Origin: Octopus sinensis
Lineage: Eukaryota
Assembly: GCF_006345805.1 (NCBI RefSeq)
Contig: NC_042999.1
Span: 75,516,001 to 75,580,000 of the forward strand
Length of the DNA: 64,000 bases
Reading direction: 5' to 3'
Positions 51,546 to 64,000 of the stretch are shown piece by piece; within the stretch, counting starts at the first letter, position 1, and each line of letters opens with the position of its first letter. The notes beneath the pieces are model-generated. The model saw only the letters and a program-made list of their open reading frames with translations. It had not been told where the DNA came from and did not search any database. The position numbers and the translations under genes are program-made.

Positions 51546-53029
51546 CATATATTATGATTATAATAACTACCAATAAGAATAGTTTATAAATACCATAAAA
51601 GAATTCAAAAGGCTTCCTCTGTCAAAGGAGATAATGTGTAAAACTATAAATATCTGCATAAGTATTTTACACATCTCCCCCTCTCTCCATCTCCCTCTTT
51701 CTTTCTGTCTTTGTGCACACGCTAGATATAAATGTGTAAATCAGAGAAAGAATTGTAGCGTCCACTCGGTTAAAGTTGAAAAATCGCATTTAAAATATAT
51801 AAATATATTTTATGTATAAGAGATATAATTCGTTTGCAGTTAAAGCGCTCAAATATATTTTGTTTTGTATATAAATATATTACGTTTGTATCTAAAGCGT
51901 ATGTGAAACCAATATATGTCGTATAATCTATATTTCGATCGCATTTGAAATGTATGAATATATCTGTAATTACATTTTATTTATTATTCAAACTTATAAT
52001 TCTAACTGAAATGACAGCTTTAAATTATTAGAGAGCGAAAGAGACTAATGCTTATAAATGCAAACAAAATATATATTTACTCACTTCAAATACAAACGAA
52101 ACATATTTTCTGAAAAACAGAAAGTACCGTGGTTATAATATTAAAAAATAGCTGATGTTCAAAGTGTTGTTTTTAAAGCATCATAAAAATGTTAGGGGAT
52201 GCTTAAAATCTATCTTTTTTTTATTTTCACATTTTATGATTAGCTTACAATTTTCAGTTTTATACATGTATCACGTGTAAAGCGTATCACGAGCTGTAAG
52301 CGTTGGAATTTAGCATTTTAGAGAATCAGATAGAAGCAATGTGAAGAATGCAGAGAGGATTTAAAAACCGGTTTCATACTATCCTGGGATATAAACACAC
52401 AGCTAGAGACGTGCAAAGATGGAAAGGGCTATTTTCTATTCCCATTCAACATATGAACTACGATAACAGTGACAGAAATCTCAGCAGGGGAATTAACTAA
52501 CGAAAATATATAAACAAAATGAGGGAATGCAAGAGTGAGAGATAGTTAGTGTGTGTGTGAGCGAGAGAGAGAGAGAGTGTGTGTGAGTGAGAAGGTAGCA
52601 AGACGTTAAAAAGCGCTATCAGTAAATTGAAATTAGTCTTTTTATCGAAAACATTAAAACCCATATTGTGATTAAATATATTATATATTAAATTTGAATT
52701 TTTAAGAATTTTCTAGACAATCTAGGCTTTAATAATTATTTTCTTCTAGTAAAAGTTACATAATCCAAACTAATTAATTAATATGCTTCTCCAATGTAAT
52801 ATGGGGATTAGAAAGTTTTGTTTACATTTTAAAAAAGTGGCTTCCCGCTATGTTTATGAGTATTTTCGCAAGGGAGATATACACCCGTATATAGGTACTC
52901 TTTGTCTATTTTGACTGTAGTATAGCCTCGACCTGTAAAATACTATATTTAATGATAGCATATGTAGATATTTTAAATGCGGTCTGTTAATTGCTTCAAC
53001 CGGCACACACACACACATATATGCATAAT

Positions 53030-53100
<71 letters not shown>

Positions 53101-53769
53101 ACACACACAACCACTCACACACACACACACACACACACACACCACACACACAGAGAAAGCCGTTCTGCTTTCTGTTTGTCCCATGATCTGTTTCCATTTT
53201 ATCAACAGTTTTATATTTTTTATAGGCTACCGCGATCTTCAGTTAAACAAAAGTTTTTCAGTTTCCGAGTTAGTTATACATACTTACATATAAACGCGAA
53301 ATTGTTTGAGTAGTTTCGAAGCTCGCTTTGAAATCACATTTCGAATTCAGTCCCAAGGAACCTTGAGAAAATGTTTTCTACTTTAGCTCCTTGCGGACTA
53401 TGCCTTGTGAGTGTATTTGGTTGGTTGACAGAAACTATGTGGTGCTTGGTCTGAGCCGGTGCCCGCTTTTGATTATGTACGATGCACTTATAAGTTGCAG
53501 CTATGAATTACATTTATAGTGTAACATCATTTAACAACCGAATACTGTAACATATGTAACAGGTGTAATAAATAAATACCAAGTTCTCACCCTTGTTTAT
53601 TCTCTCATTATTGCTGTGTTCTTTATATTATGCTATAGCCCTTCTCAAACCGCATAGAACTCAACGATGGTAGTATTATGTAAATACTAACAAGAGCCGC
53701 AGCCTGAAATGTAAACTTGCGCACTAACAACACCCATTCCCATGCATACATACTCAAATATATAAACAT

Positions 53770-55245
53770 ACATTTAGTATGTTGGAATTGATGACAATGT
53801 TGCATGTATTGGTATTGAGACTAAAGCCAGAATGACGAGTACTTCTGTAGACTCCGGAAAATATGGAACTCAGAGCTGTCTGCATTTGACAATATCACAT
53901 CACACAATGCTTTTGCTGTGCCAGTGCTATTACTAACATTGTGCTATTGGACTGGACACTTGACGAGATCCGCAGCCTGGGCATCAAAACTAGAAAGGTA
54001 CTGGCCACGTCTGGCAGCTTCCACATCAACAGCGATACCGATAGGATCTATGTAAGACGAAGAGATGGCAGTAGAAGCATAAGGTCAGTCCAAACAGCCT
54101 TAGAATGTTGCACTATATCACTTAGACAGCACCTGATGAACAGTAAAGAAATTACATTACATTCATACTCAAAAGTGAGAGCAACAGCATCTTCAGAATT
54201 AGAGAATGACTATTAAGGAGATAATGAGAATACAACTGTCTCATGCGACCTAAAGGAGTCTTGAGTGGCTTATATAAACAGAAGTCTGGAGGAGAAGCAG
54301 ACATCATAGCAGCAAAAAGCAGTGCATGGGTAAGCCAGAAGATAACAACAGCATTGACATGAAGCATAGCCTCTCCTGGATTTGTGATTGATAGATTACA
54401 TACCACCTATAAGGATATGCCTTTGCTATCCAGGAAAGGATATAGCTACTAAAAACCTGATAAACGAGGAAAACAAAGATACTACCAAATGCCCACTTTG
54501 TTGTAGAAAATATCAGCCTTGCTATGCCAGTGTAGAAGATAGCACCTACATCATCAGTAGCTGCCCCAAAATGTCTACGATATTCTACCTGCCCTGAGGC
54601 ATGATATAGTTGCAAAGACTACAACGCCATCCACAGGAAGGACTGCTCTGACGTATACAGCAAAGATATGGCTGAACCAGCATGTATTCACACCTTTAAA
54701 AACAAAGAATAGTGGTGGAGCACTCCAATAAAAACAGCTGTCCGGTGACATAATAGACCTAACATTGTTCTGTGGGACAGGAAACAAAAGTCATGCACTG
54801 TTGTAGAGGCAAGCTGCACGGCGGATGTAAATGTATCATCAAAAGTTCGGGCAAAAGAGAACATTTACGGTGAATTAATGCGGGATTTACAGTCCTTGTC
54901 ATTTGTATGTATCATCATAAGTGCATTGGGCAATGCACCTACAAATTTACACTTAAAAACTTTAGAACTACCAAGTTTTCGAAGAAAGAGCAAAAGAAGC
55001 TGACATGCATCCTCCATATTCAGTCTATTAGCAGCACGGTGAAGATTTGTAAGACATTCCAAAGGTTCTCCATCTGAGATTCCTTAGATGAATAAATGCA
55101 CACCCTTGGTCGTGTGAGCTCAACCAACACATCAACTCAACCGCATTTACGAACACCAGGAAATTTCTTAACATAAAATGTCTTATCGCTTTGTTCACGA
55201 TCGGCTTCAACACTCTTAAGAACTTCAATAAAATAAAAAAAAAAA
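53770..55245 (+). mobile_element. R4/Dong-clade LINE, 3' half, decayed
   Basis: RLRKIWNSELS, KTRKVLATSGSFHINSDTDRIYVRRRDG, CCHC-like KCPLC...IISSCP...RHD, HNRPNIVLWDRK...VVEASC; A-rich tail near 55230. Confidence 0.85.
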
Positions 55246-55274
55246 CATAATACACACATACATATATCATCTTT

Positions 55275-55500
55275 ACCAACCAGACTGCCAGGCATCGTTT
55301 CGACACCGCTGGTCACAGCACGTCGTCCACTTCTCTCTGGATCGTGCCTTCCTCATCCACGTAACTCCAAACGATTGTCGTATTTCAACCCACCATTCTG
55401 GAGGCCTTTTGAATGACCTCTTCTGCACGCGCGGGTACCACTCGACAACTGCGCGAGTCCACTAATTGTCGGTGAACTGAGCGAAGTGTCAGATGGACTG
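55275..55500 (-). mobile_element. RTE LINE 3' fragment
   Basis: HFAQFTDN*WTRAVVEWYPRVQKR...RPP...TWMRKARSREKW. Confidence 0.75.
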
Positions 55501-55511
55501 GACATATAGAA

Positions 55512-55546
<35 letters not shown>

Positions 55547-56643
55547 TCTATATATATGTACACATACATACAGATATGTGTGCCTGTGTTTGCGCATATA
55601 AATTTGGATACTGATACATACACACAGTGTACCGAACATACATTTTCTCTCCCTTGTTTGTAAATTGAAACGTGCAAGTGTGTATGTGTGTTTGTGCACG
55701 TGTATATTACAGATATATGTGTGTGCGTGATATGTTCGTCTGTCTATGCATCAGTGTCTGTGTATGTGTGTCTATGTGTGCGTGTAATTGCACCAGAAAG
55801 TAAAAAAGAAAAAAAATTTGGAAGAAAAAGAACAAAAGAAACTCAACATCAAAATAATAGAATGGAACTAAGATGATAGGCGTGTGTCTTTAACTTTAAA
55901 GATAGATGGCGTTAGGTGTAAACCTTTTGTTCTCTTTCACTAGTGGGTCTGGTGGTGTTTGCTGTGAATAGTCGCCAGTAAACTATGCACACGTTTTCCT
56001 GTTACTTTTAGAGGAAACAAGCAATGTTTTCCGATTAACTTGTATAACAGAAACAAACACTTCATTATCGAACAAGGTGAGAGCAAAGAAAAGAGAAAAG
56101 GTAAAAAGGATTATTTGCAATTCATCGGTGAACGGCCTATGTGTAATTATCAATAGTTTAAAACTAGCTTTAAAACACCTTTATATTTTGCTGTTGTGCT
56201 TCAGGGCACGTAAAACCAATAGAAGGAAAAGAAAACCTGGTGGATTGACTAATATGGATTCACAGTTTTGTTTATTTTTTATATAGAGTGACGTACGTAC
56301 GTACGTATACATCTATGTATCGATATATTTGTGTATCTATACCGGTTATGTATGTGTGTTTATGAGTGTATATATATATATATATAGGCAGGTATATACA
56401 TGTATGTGTGTGTATGTATACTTGTGTGTACATACGCATGCATGCATTTATGTAACTTTATACGTTTGTAAGAATGCATGCACGTATGAATGAATAAAGG
56501 TAGGTATGCAAATATGTACATATATATGTATGTGTGTATGGATGAATGCATGTGTGTGTATATATATATATATATATGCACACAAACACTTATATATAGG
56601 TGTAAGTGTGTGAGGGAGTGTCCAAGTATATATGTGTATATAT

Positions 56644-56676
<33 letters not shown>

Positions 56677-56679
<3 letters not shown>

Positions 56680-57068
56680 TTATATATAAAAGTAAGGTTG
56701 TGTGCTGTCTGTCGCCTACGATTTAGATTCCTAACTACTCCCACATTTTGCGGTGCAGTTTAACCAAAACCGGGTATCTTATAGTTGTGATTCATATCGA
56801 GCCCTGGGTATTAGTGCGCGTCTACGATGAGTCTACGATTTAAAAAAAAAATTACCATCAATTTTTCCCATTTTTAATGCATTTTTGCCATATATAACGG
56901 AAGTAACTCTCTAAAAATTTATTATTAAATCTCAGAACGTAAAAAGCTACAGTAACACCTCCACCTTTGTGGTTAGCCATATTGAGATGGCTATTATACT
57001 TTACATCTCTAAAAATGCTTATATAGTTATTTCCCTTACAAACCCGAGCAACCCGGGCGATACTGCTA

Positions 57069-57069
<1 letters not shown>
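56677..57069 (+). mobile_element. Non-autonomous Helitron
   Basis: 5' TCTTTATATATAAAA; 3' hairpin CCCGAGCAACCCGGG then CGATACTGCTAG|T. Confidence 0.85.
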
Positions 57070-57128
<59 letters not shown>

Positions 57129-57195
57129 ACATACACATATACTTACGCATACACACACATGTGTGTGTAAGTATATATGTGTGTGTGTATATATA

Positions 57196-57580
57196 TCTCT
57201 CTATATATAAACGGCAGTTTGTCTGTGCGTGTTTCTGTGTGTCTGTTTGCTTGTACCCTCACCCTGACCACGGCTTTCAACCGATTCTGTTGAAACTTGA
57301 CACACACATAGCCCAATGTCATAATTCAAAACTAACGCAGCCAAAATTTTGAAAAGTTTCCCCAGTTCTGAAAAAAATCGATAAATTCGACATGGGGTCG
57401 AGAATCAGAAACACGAACCACAAACTGTCTAGGGGACGCAACTCCATCCTTTTTTAACTCTCAAAAAAAATTTACCATCATTTTTTTCCATTTCTTTGCT
57501 ATTTTTTGGCTATAACTCTCTAAAAATGCTTTATAGTTATTTCCCTTACAAACCTGAGCAACGCCGGGCGATACTGCTAG
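57196..57580 (+). mobile_element. Non-autonomous Helitron with the same 3' end and a different 5' half
   Basis: 5' TCTCTCTATATATAAA; 3' CCTGAGCAACGCCGGGCGATACTGCTAG|T. Confidence 0.85.
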
Positions 57581-57650
57581 TATATATATATATACATGCA
57601 TATATGTATATGTATATATATATGTATGTATATATATATATATGAGTACG

Positions 57651-57685
<35 letters not shown>

Positions 57686-57832
57686 ACGTATGTATGTGCG
57701 TATTCTGTATATTCATGTATTTGTCTGTGCATGCTTGTGTGTTTGTATGTGTGTGCGTGTATATATGGTTCCGTCTTCATTTGTGTGTGTGTGTTTGTGC
57801 TTGTCTGTCCGTATTACTTGTGAACCTACCTA

Positions 57833-57895
<63 letters not shown>

Positions 57896-58018
57896 TATGT
57901 CCTCGTAAATGAAATATCCTCTACACTAAATAGGAAATACACGTGGAGGGCAGTGATACCCCAATACCCACAGAATATACATACATAACTACATTTGCTA
58001 GTGGGCTATTATGCAGGC

Positions 58019-58050
<32 letters not shown>

Positions 58051-58178
58051 GGAGAGAGAGAGAGAGAGGGAGAGAGAGAGAAAGAGAGAGACAGTTTGGT
58101 AGGTAAATGGAGATGTAAGAGTAAACATAGATCCATAGGTAAGTAGCTAGGTAGGTACATAGGTAATACGGACAAGCA

Positions 58179-58219
<41 letters not shown>

Positions 58220-58749
58220 CGACGGAACCATATATAACACACTCCACACGGGCATACACACAAAAACATATATGGAGAAACAGACATAAACGACGCACGT
58301 ACATAGTGACACAAATACATGAATACGCATATTCATACATACACACACGCATGCATACATATATGCATGCACATACATATCTGCATACACAAGCACACAT
58401 GCGCACATACATGCTGACGCACACACATGCGCATAGACAAAAATAGAATGCAGCTCCGATAACGTACAGAGTCAACATCCATTGACAAGATTGCAAAAGC
58501 AACGAAAAGCTTGGAAGAAAAAAGTATACATAATAAATGAGTGGAAATCGAACCGGCGAGTATGTTAGATAATAAGGCATTGCTTATAAGTGGTCGACGA
58601 TACCAAACTTTTCGATTCGGGTAATAGAGTAGCCGCGTAATTGGAGTCAGACCAGGCTAGTTTGTATTGGCATAACTTCATATAAATTTAAACGTACATT
58701 TCGAAATATAGTTTGAATATACGGAAGTCTTGCGTAGAGGTATGCATTA

Positions 58750-59280
58750 CTTATTATACGCAATACATTTCTGAAGCATTCATATTATCATGAAAATCTC
58801 CACGTCTACACTTCCCAAATCTGTGAGGCAGTTTGGTAGGGTGTTGAAAAGTTGTGGTCCCTTGAAATTTAAGTTGTTGCAATACTGAATTCCTATTTGA
58901 GATGGAGAAGAGGGGATCTTTGGTGTTATGCAGTGTCGTCCAGTTCGGTGGTTTGTATAGCATGTAATGCCAAAGTTGGGAGCAAGAACTTCCAGGATCT
59001 GCCATGTGTATATCACTGCATATCTTGCTCACCTTCTCTCTATGGCGTAGAGCTTCAATTCTTTTAGTATCTTACGGTAGCTTATCTGTTTCACTGGACC
59101 AATCTTCTGTGTGTAGTGGCGCTGGATTGCCTCGAGTTCCGCCACCAGTTTGAGGCTCTACGGCGACCACAGTTCGGAGCAGTAATCCAGATGACTGAGA
59201 ACAAAAGTTTTCTACAGGCGTTGCATGATATCCTCATTTCTGGTTCTGAATGATGTAAGAATCCATATGGCTACTCACCT
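58750..59280 (-). mobile_element. CR1-group LINE 3' fragment
   Basis: FVLSHLDYCSELWSP...LEAIQRHYT...IYTWQILEVLAPNFGI...GPQLFNTLP. Confidence 0.85.
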
Positions 59281-59289
59281 GCATAACGT

Positions 59290-59510
59290 TTCAAATATAT
59301 CGGTTTCAAATATATGCGGCACAAAGCCAGTAATATCGGGAGAGGGGATAAGTGATTGCATCAACTCCTGTGTTCTACTGGTATTTATTTTATAGACCCT
59401 GAAAGAATGATAGGTTAAGTCAACCTTTGAACTCAGAACATAAAAACGGATGAAATGCAGCTAAGAATTTTGCCAGGCGTGCTAATGATTCTGCTTGATC
59501 GCATTAGACG
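59290..59510 (-). mobile_element. Family B SINE
   Basis: GAACTCAGAAC...GCCAGGCGTGCTAATGATTCTGC. Confidence 0.75.
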
Positions 59511-61179
59511 GGAAACAACTCTGCATAAGGAACAGATCTATTTCCCAAGGTATAGACAAGTACCATGAAGAAAACACATAGAGAGATGAGCAAGAACTCT
59601 CCAAACAAACTTCCTCTTTTTACCTATTCACCAATGCAATGAAACAACTTCTATATAACAACGATTAAGTGAAGAGAATATATTTGTTGAAAAATACAAA
59701 CCGCGCCTGAATATGAACACTTCAATTTCGTAGATATTTTAATTCGTAAATAAAATCAGTTCGCCTCAAAGAAAAGAATAATTATTTCTCCTGCTTCTTA
59801 TAATAACAATCACTAATTACCTCCCCTTAGATTTATTTAGCTAGTGATTCATTTACAATACAACTTACCTCTTACTAACATGGACTAGAAACTTCTTATG
59901 ACACCGTGAAATTGTAATATTCTCACTAATTTCTTAGTCATAATTAGCAAAATCGATACTGGTTGACTATGTAAATATGTTATCTCTTAAAAAATATATA
60001 CATTCTGTGCATTGTTATATTTTTCGCTACAACTCACTACTTAAAGGGGAAAATCGTTCCAACGAGGTTTTTCACTATGTATATACTGAAAAATTATAAT
60101 ATAGTAAACAGCATATTTCTTCTAAGCCAGAGCCGTGAATATATCAAACAAATTTCCTCTATTAATTTTATTTATTTAATAATATATAATGGTTAGCAAT
60201 GTAAGAATATGCTTACGTCTAGAATAAGAAAAAGACTGCCGGTTTTCAACAGTCTTTATTAATGTTTTTGAAAAATCTTCTTATGAGGGAAATACAAATA
60301 TAAAAAAAAATAGTGTTATAAACTATTTTTCGCTACAGACATCAAAGATGGTTATCAATTTTTGAAAGCACCAATTCTAATAAAGAAATATCAATATTTA
60401 TACAAAAAAAAGTAAATATAGTGTCTCTTAAAGTCTAGAAACCTCTGTGATAAAAGAATTACAGTGGTTTCTGGTATCTAAGACACATAACATTTAAAAC
60501 ATTGAAGGATCAAAAGAAAGAAAATAACACTCATTTTTGCCTACTTACACAATATTTAATACATTAAAACGTTTTTCTCTTGTTTTTCTTTAGATGCAAA
60601 GTTTTAGATCAAGTCCATTAAACTAATCTAGCGTGACAAATCCACTTCTGTACTAAGCACAGACTTGACACTTAGCTTGTTTTGTCACACTGTTGGTCAA
60701 TTTCAAGCAACAATATGGTAGTCAGGTGCGGTAGTTGTTATACTACAATAGTCTTTCATTCCTAAGTTCCAAACATTATTAATCTCTTCAGTTCTATAAT
60801 AATATTAATAATAGCAGTTTATTAACATTATTGATAATTTCATTATACACACACACGCACGCACACACAAACACACACATGCACATATGCGGTTGTATGT
60901 CTTTATTTACATGCACAGTTATATGTGTATGCGTGCGTGTCCATGTGTGTATGTGTGTGTGTGAGAGAGAGAAAGAGTGAGAGAGTACGTGTGTGTAAGT
61001 GTGTGAGAGAGAGAGTGAGAGAGTGCGTGTGTGAGTGTGTGCGTCTATATTTTTGTTATATGGTCTTTAACCGATGTGTTGTTTCTCAGTGATTTAAAAA
61101 TAAGATGTACAATACGTAGTAAATTCCCATGGGTCTAATGACTGAAAACAATAACACATACACACGTACATGCATATCC

Positions 61180-62310
61180 AGGTTGCATAAGGTATTTGAG
61201 GACATACCTTTTATGGGACATTGCAGCACTTTTTGCTAACTTTGTATAATCTTTGTTTCAGAAAATAATAATGGCAGGCTCTCAGCTTACTCAATAAATG
61301 AAGGGACATGCTGTTATTGTGGTTATAAGGGCTGAGCATAGAGAGAAACTTTTAAAAGTTGCCAGATCTTTGGTCTACAAAGTTTGTAAGGAGCTAGAGA
61401 GTGAAGATGGAAACGTATTACCAGTATCAAAGCATAAAAAAGCATTCTAAACACTCAGAAACTATCAGAACACCTGAATTTATCCAGCAAGTTCAACAGA
61501 CCATTGACTACAATCCCAGAAATTCCATGAGGTCAATTGCAAAAGATCTCCTTGTGTTAGAAGGAAGAGTCAGAAATGTTGTCCACGAAGACATCACTCT
61601 TATATGATGAGGAAAGTTCAATTTGTCAGAAAAAGCAAAAGAAAACCACTACATCAAATCTAAAAGGCTATTAAACACGAAACGGGAAAAACTTCGGCCA
61701 AGATCAAAAAGTTAACAGATAAAATGACAGATGGTTATGTGCAGACCTTTCTGAAGTTCCAAGTGTTATGCATACAGCAGCTGTCATAGTTTTAGGTGTT
61801 GTCAGCAATGAATGAAATTTGATGCTTCCTTACTTCTTTCCACAAAGCCTTAGAGTTAACTCTGCCGCATACATTGAGGTTCTGGATATAATTGCAATGG
61901 AGGGTCATGTGTTTCAGTAAAACTCTGCACTATCACATATGACTCAAGTAACACACGAATGGATGGTTGAAAATTTTCACGATCACATAATCCCTAATAT
62001 TTGGCCTCCTAATTCCTCAGAGCTCAATCCATTTGACTAATATATTTGGAGTGTTGTTGAGAGAGGGGGGTCAATGAACACGCCCATAACACCAAAGATT
62101 CATTGAAAGTTGCCATAGTCACAGTAATGTCCAAAATGAACCAGGACTACTTGATTCGAGCATGTAGATGATTTAGATCTCATATAGAAGCAGTTGTTGA
62201 ATGAGTATCTTAAGAGAGTTGAAAATAATATAATCGTTTGAACTCTCAACTTACAAACATATCGCCCACAAAACCTAGACAATGCCTGTCCTCACACCCA
62301 TATTTACTCT
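61180..62310 (+). mobile_element. Degenerate Tc1/mariner (maT-like) transposon
   Basis: RTPEFIQQVQQTIDYNPRNSMRSIAKDL (HTH) and IWPPNSSELNPFD*YIWSVVE (catalytic domain); TIRs are weak. Confidence 0.75.
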
Positions 62311-62339
62311 ACTAAACTGGTCACTGCAAGAGCTCAAAC

Positions 62340-62480
62340 AAGAGAGACGTATGAATTCACAAACTTCTGAGGGCTACTGGAAACATCGAAATCATTGGAG
62401 ATGTAGAGAGGCTATACTTCCCACGCAGAGATGGTGGCCACGTTCTTAAATCTGCATTGATGTTATATGAAGCACATATT
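62340..62480 (+). mobile_element. R4/Dong-like LINE small fragment
   Basis: GDVERLYFPRRDGG, similar to SDTDRIYVRRRDG at 54 kb. Confidence 0.55.
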
Positions 62481-63299
62481 ATGCAACATTTACAGCAGGG
62501 GAAAGTGCTACTGGCTCTCCTGTCTGAGTTTACTAGCACGATGGGTGTTGTGGGATGATATGCATGTTGTAAGTTGAATATTCAAATGACCATAATGTTT
62601 AACTCTCTTGAGATACTCATTCCTTGTCTCTTCTTTATTGATAGATCCATCATTAGAATAGCTAATGAACTTGTGGGGAGGCATGAAATAAGCTGTTACA
62701 AAGCTCTCCCTAAAGATTTTTGATATATTCTATTTATGAGGACAAAATTAAAAAATGGACCAGTTGACAGAAATGGGTACTTGGGACGAAGGAGGCCGGC
62801 CATAAAGGAAATAAACCATATCAAAAGCTCAGCATAGAGTACCGACAAGTTTATGGTGTCCCATTTTAAAGGCTACCCCCATGTTATTCTAGAAACAACC
62901 TTTTGAGTTTTACTCAGAAGGAAAGGCATTATTCATACACCTTTTCAGGTTAAGCCTCAAGATGGTTAAAATCCTCTCACACATAGAAATTCTTCTGCCG
63001 GACCCACTTTCCCTGCTGTGGTTAAGGAAGTCTTAGGCGATTAAAACAAAACAAAAATAATAACAATAATAATAAATGATTCTGATGATGAGATAGTACG
63101 TGCATGTGTGTATGTGTGTTTGTGTTTAAGTGTGTCCGTATGTGATATGAGTGTAGCGTTGTATGGTAGAAGAATAACTGCTGGACTTTCCTTTCCTCCC
63201 TCTGGGTTAAACAGAGTACCTCTCAAGTACTAGGAGTCAATATAATTGACTGTTAGTGTGACCTTGTGACTATGATACAAATCATTTTTAGCAAAATTC

Positions 63300-63490
63300 T
63301 GTATAATGCCGTTTTATATGAATTGTGATATGTATTTATATCACTTAACATTCTGATGTCAAATTCCGTTGAAGTCGGTTATTCCTTTCATTTTTTTTTA
63401 GTGTCGATAAATGAATTACTTACCAGTTACTGAGTTCGATGAACCACACATTCCCTCTTTACTAGAAATGTTTGCCCCTATGTCTGTGTT
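63300..63490 (+). mobile_element. Degenerate family B SINE
   Basis: CATTCTGATGTCAAATTCCG...GTCGATAAATGAATTACTTACCAG. Confidence 0.55.
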
Positions 63491-64000
63491 AGAAATGTAA
63501 TGAATAGGACAATATGATGGTTTCTCCCATTTATTTTTACTAGTATGAAGGATAGAATAAATTTAAACTTCTTTTTAAGACTCTGTTGACATGTGACCGT
63601 ACTAAGACTGTTCTTATCAACTTCTTTCGTCGACCTCGGAAGGATGAAAATAAACTAGACCAGGTCACGATTTGGAGTCAGAACCTAAAAAGAGATTTAA
63701 CCAAAGCTAAACCTAGAGATATAACCAAATATAGTCAAACTTTGAAGGTCTTTTTTTTTTTACAGTAGTTCACCGATTTTGCAATTCATAAGTTTTAAAC
63801 ACGAACACAGCTATAGACAAGAGGTTTAACTTAATATGAATATTATTACTCTTTGTAGTCTTTGCTAATTTTACATACAGCCATTACATAGACATACTTT
63901 TATATTATAGTCACGCCTTAACATTATTTGTATTTGGATTATTTCCTTTTGTTCATTGAAGGTACAATAAATTTAATGTTGTCAACCGAGAAAGGAATGT

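Overview
AT-rich eukaryotic intergenic or intronic DNA, very probably cephalopod (Octopus-like). This is inferred from the extreme (TA)n/(CA)n/(TATC)n/(TACA)n microsatellite load and three abundant tRNA-derived SINE families. I found no supportable host protein-coding gene, rRNA, functional tRNA or CRISPR array. Almost all ORF-track entries are microsatellite artefacts, antisense frames or decayed transposon frames. The window holds decayed mobile elements: CR1-, RTE-, Tx1-, R4/Dong- and HERO-like LINEs, two lineages of Penelope-like elements (PLEs), mariner/Tc1/Tigger, hAT, a Chapaev3-like transposon and non-autonomous Helitrons. The most notable signal is about 10 hammerhead ribozyme (HHR) motifs from several families. 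One (14489-14530, minus) is a fully canonical minimal type-I HHR at the tip of a 138-nt rod inside a hairpin-rich, retrozyme-sized (~270 nt) unit. Another pair (47421-47550) forms a near-perfect 62-bp inverted repeat with an HHR core on each strand. Family names were assigned by motif recognition only; no searches or folding programs were run, and most element boundaries are approximate.
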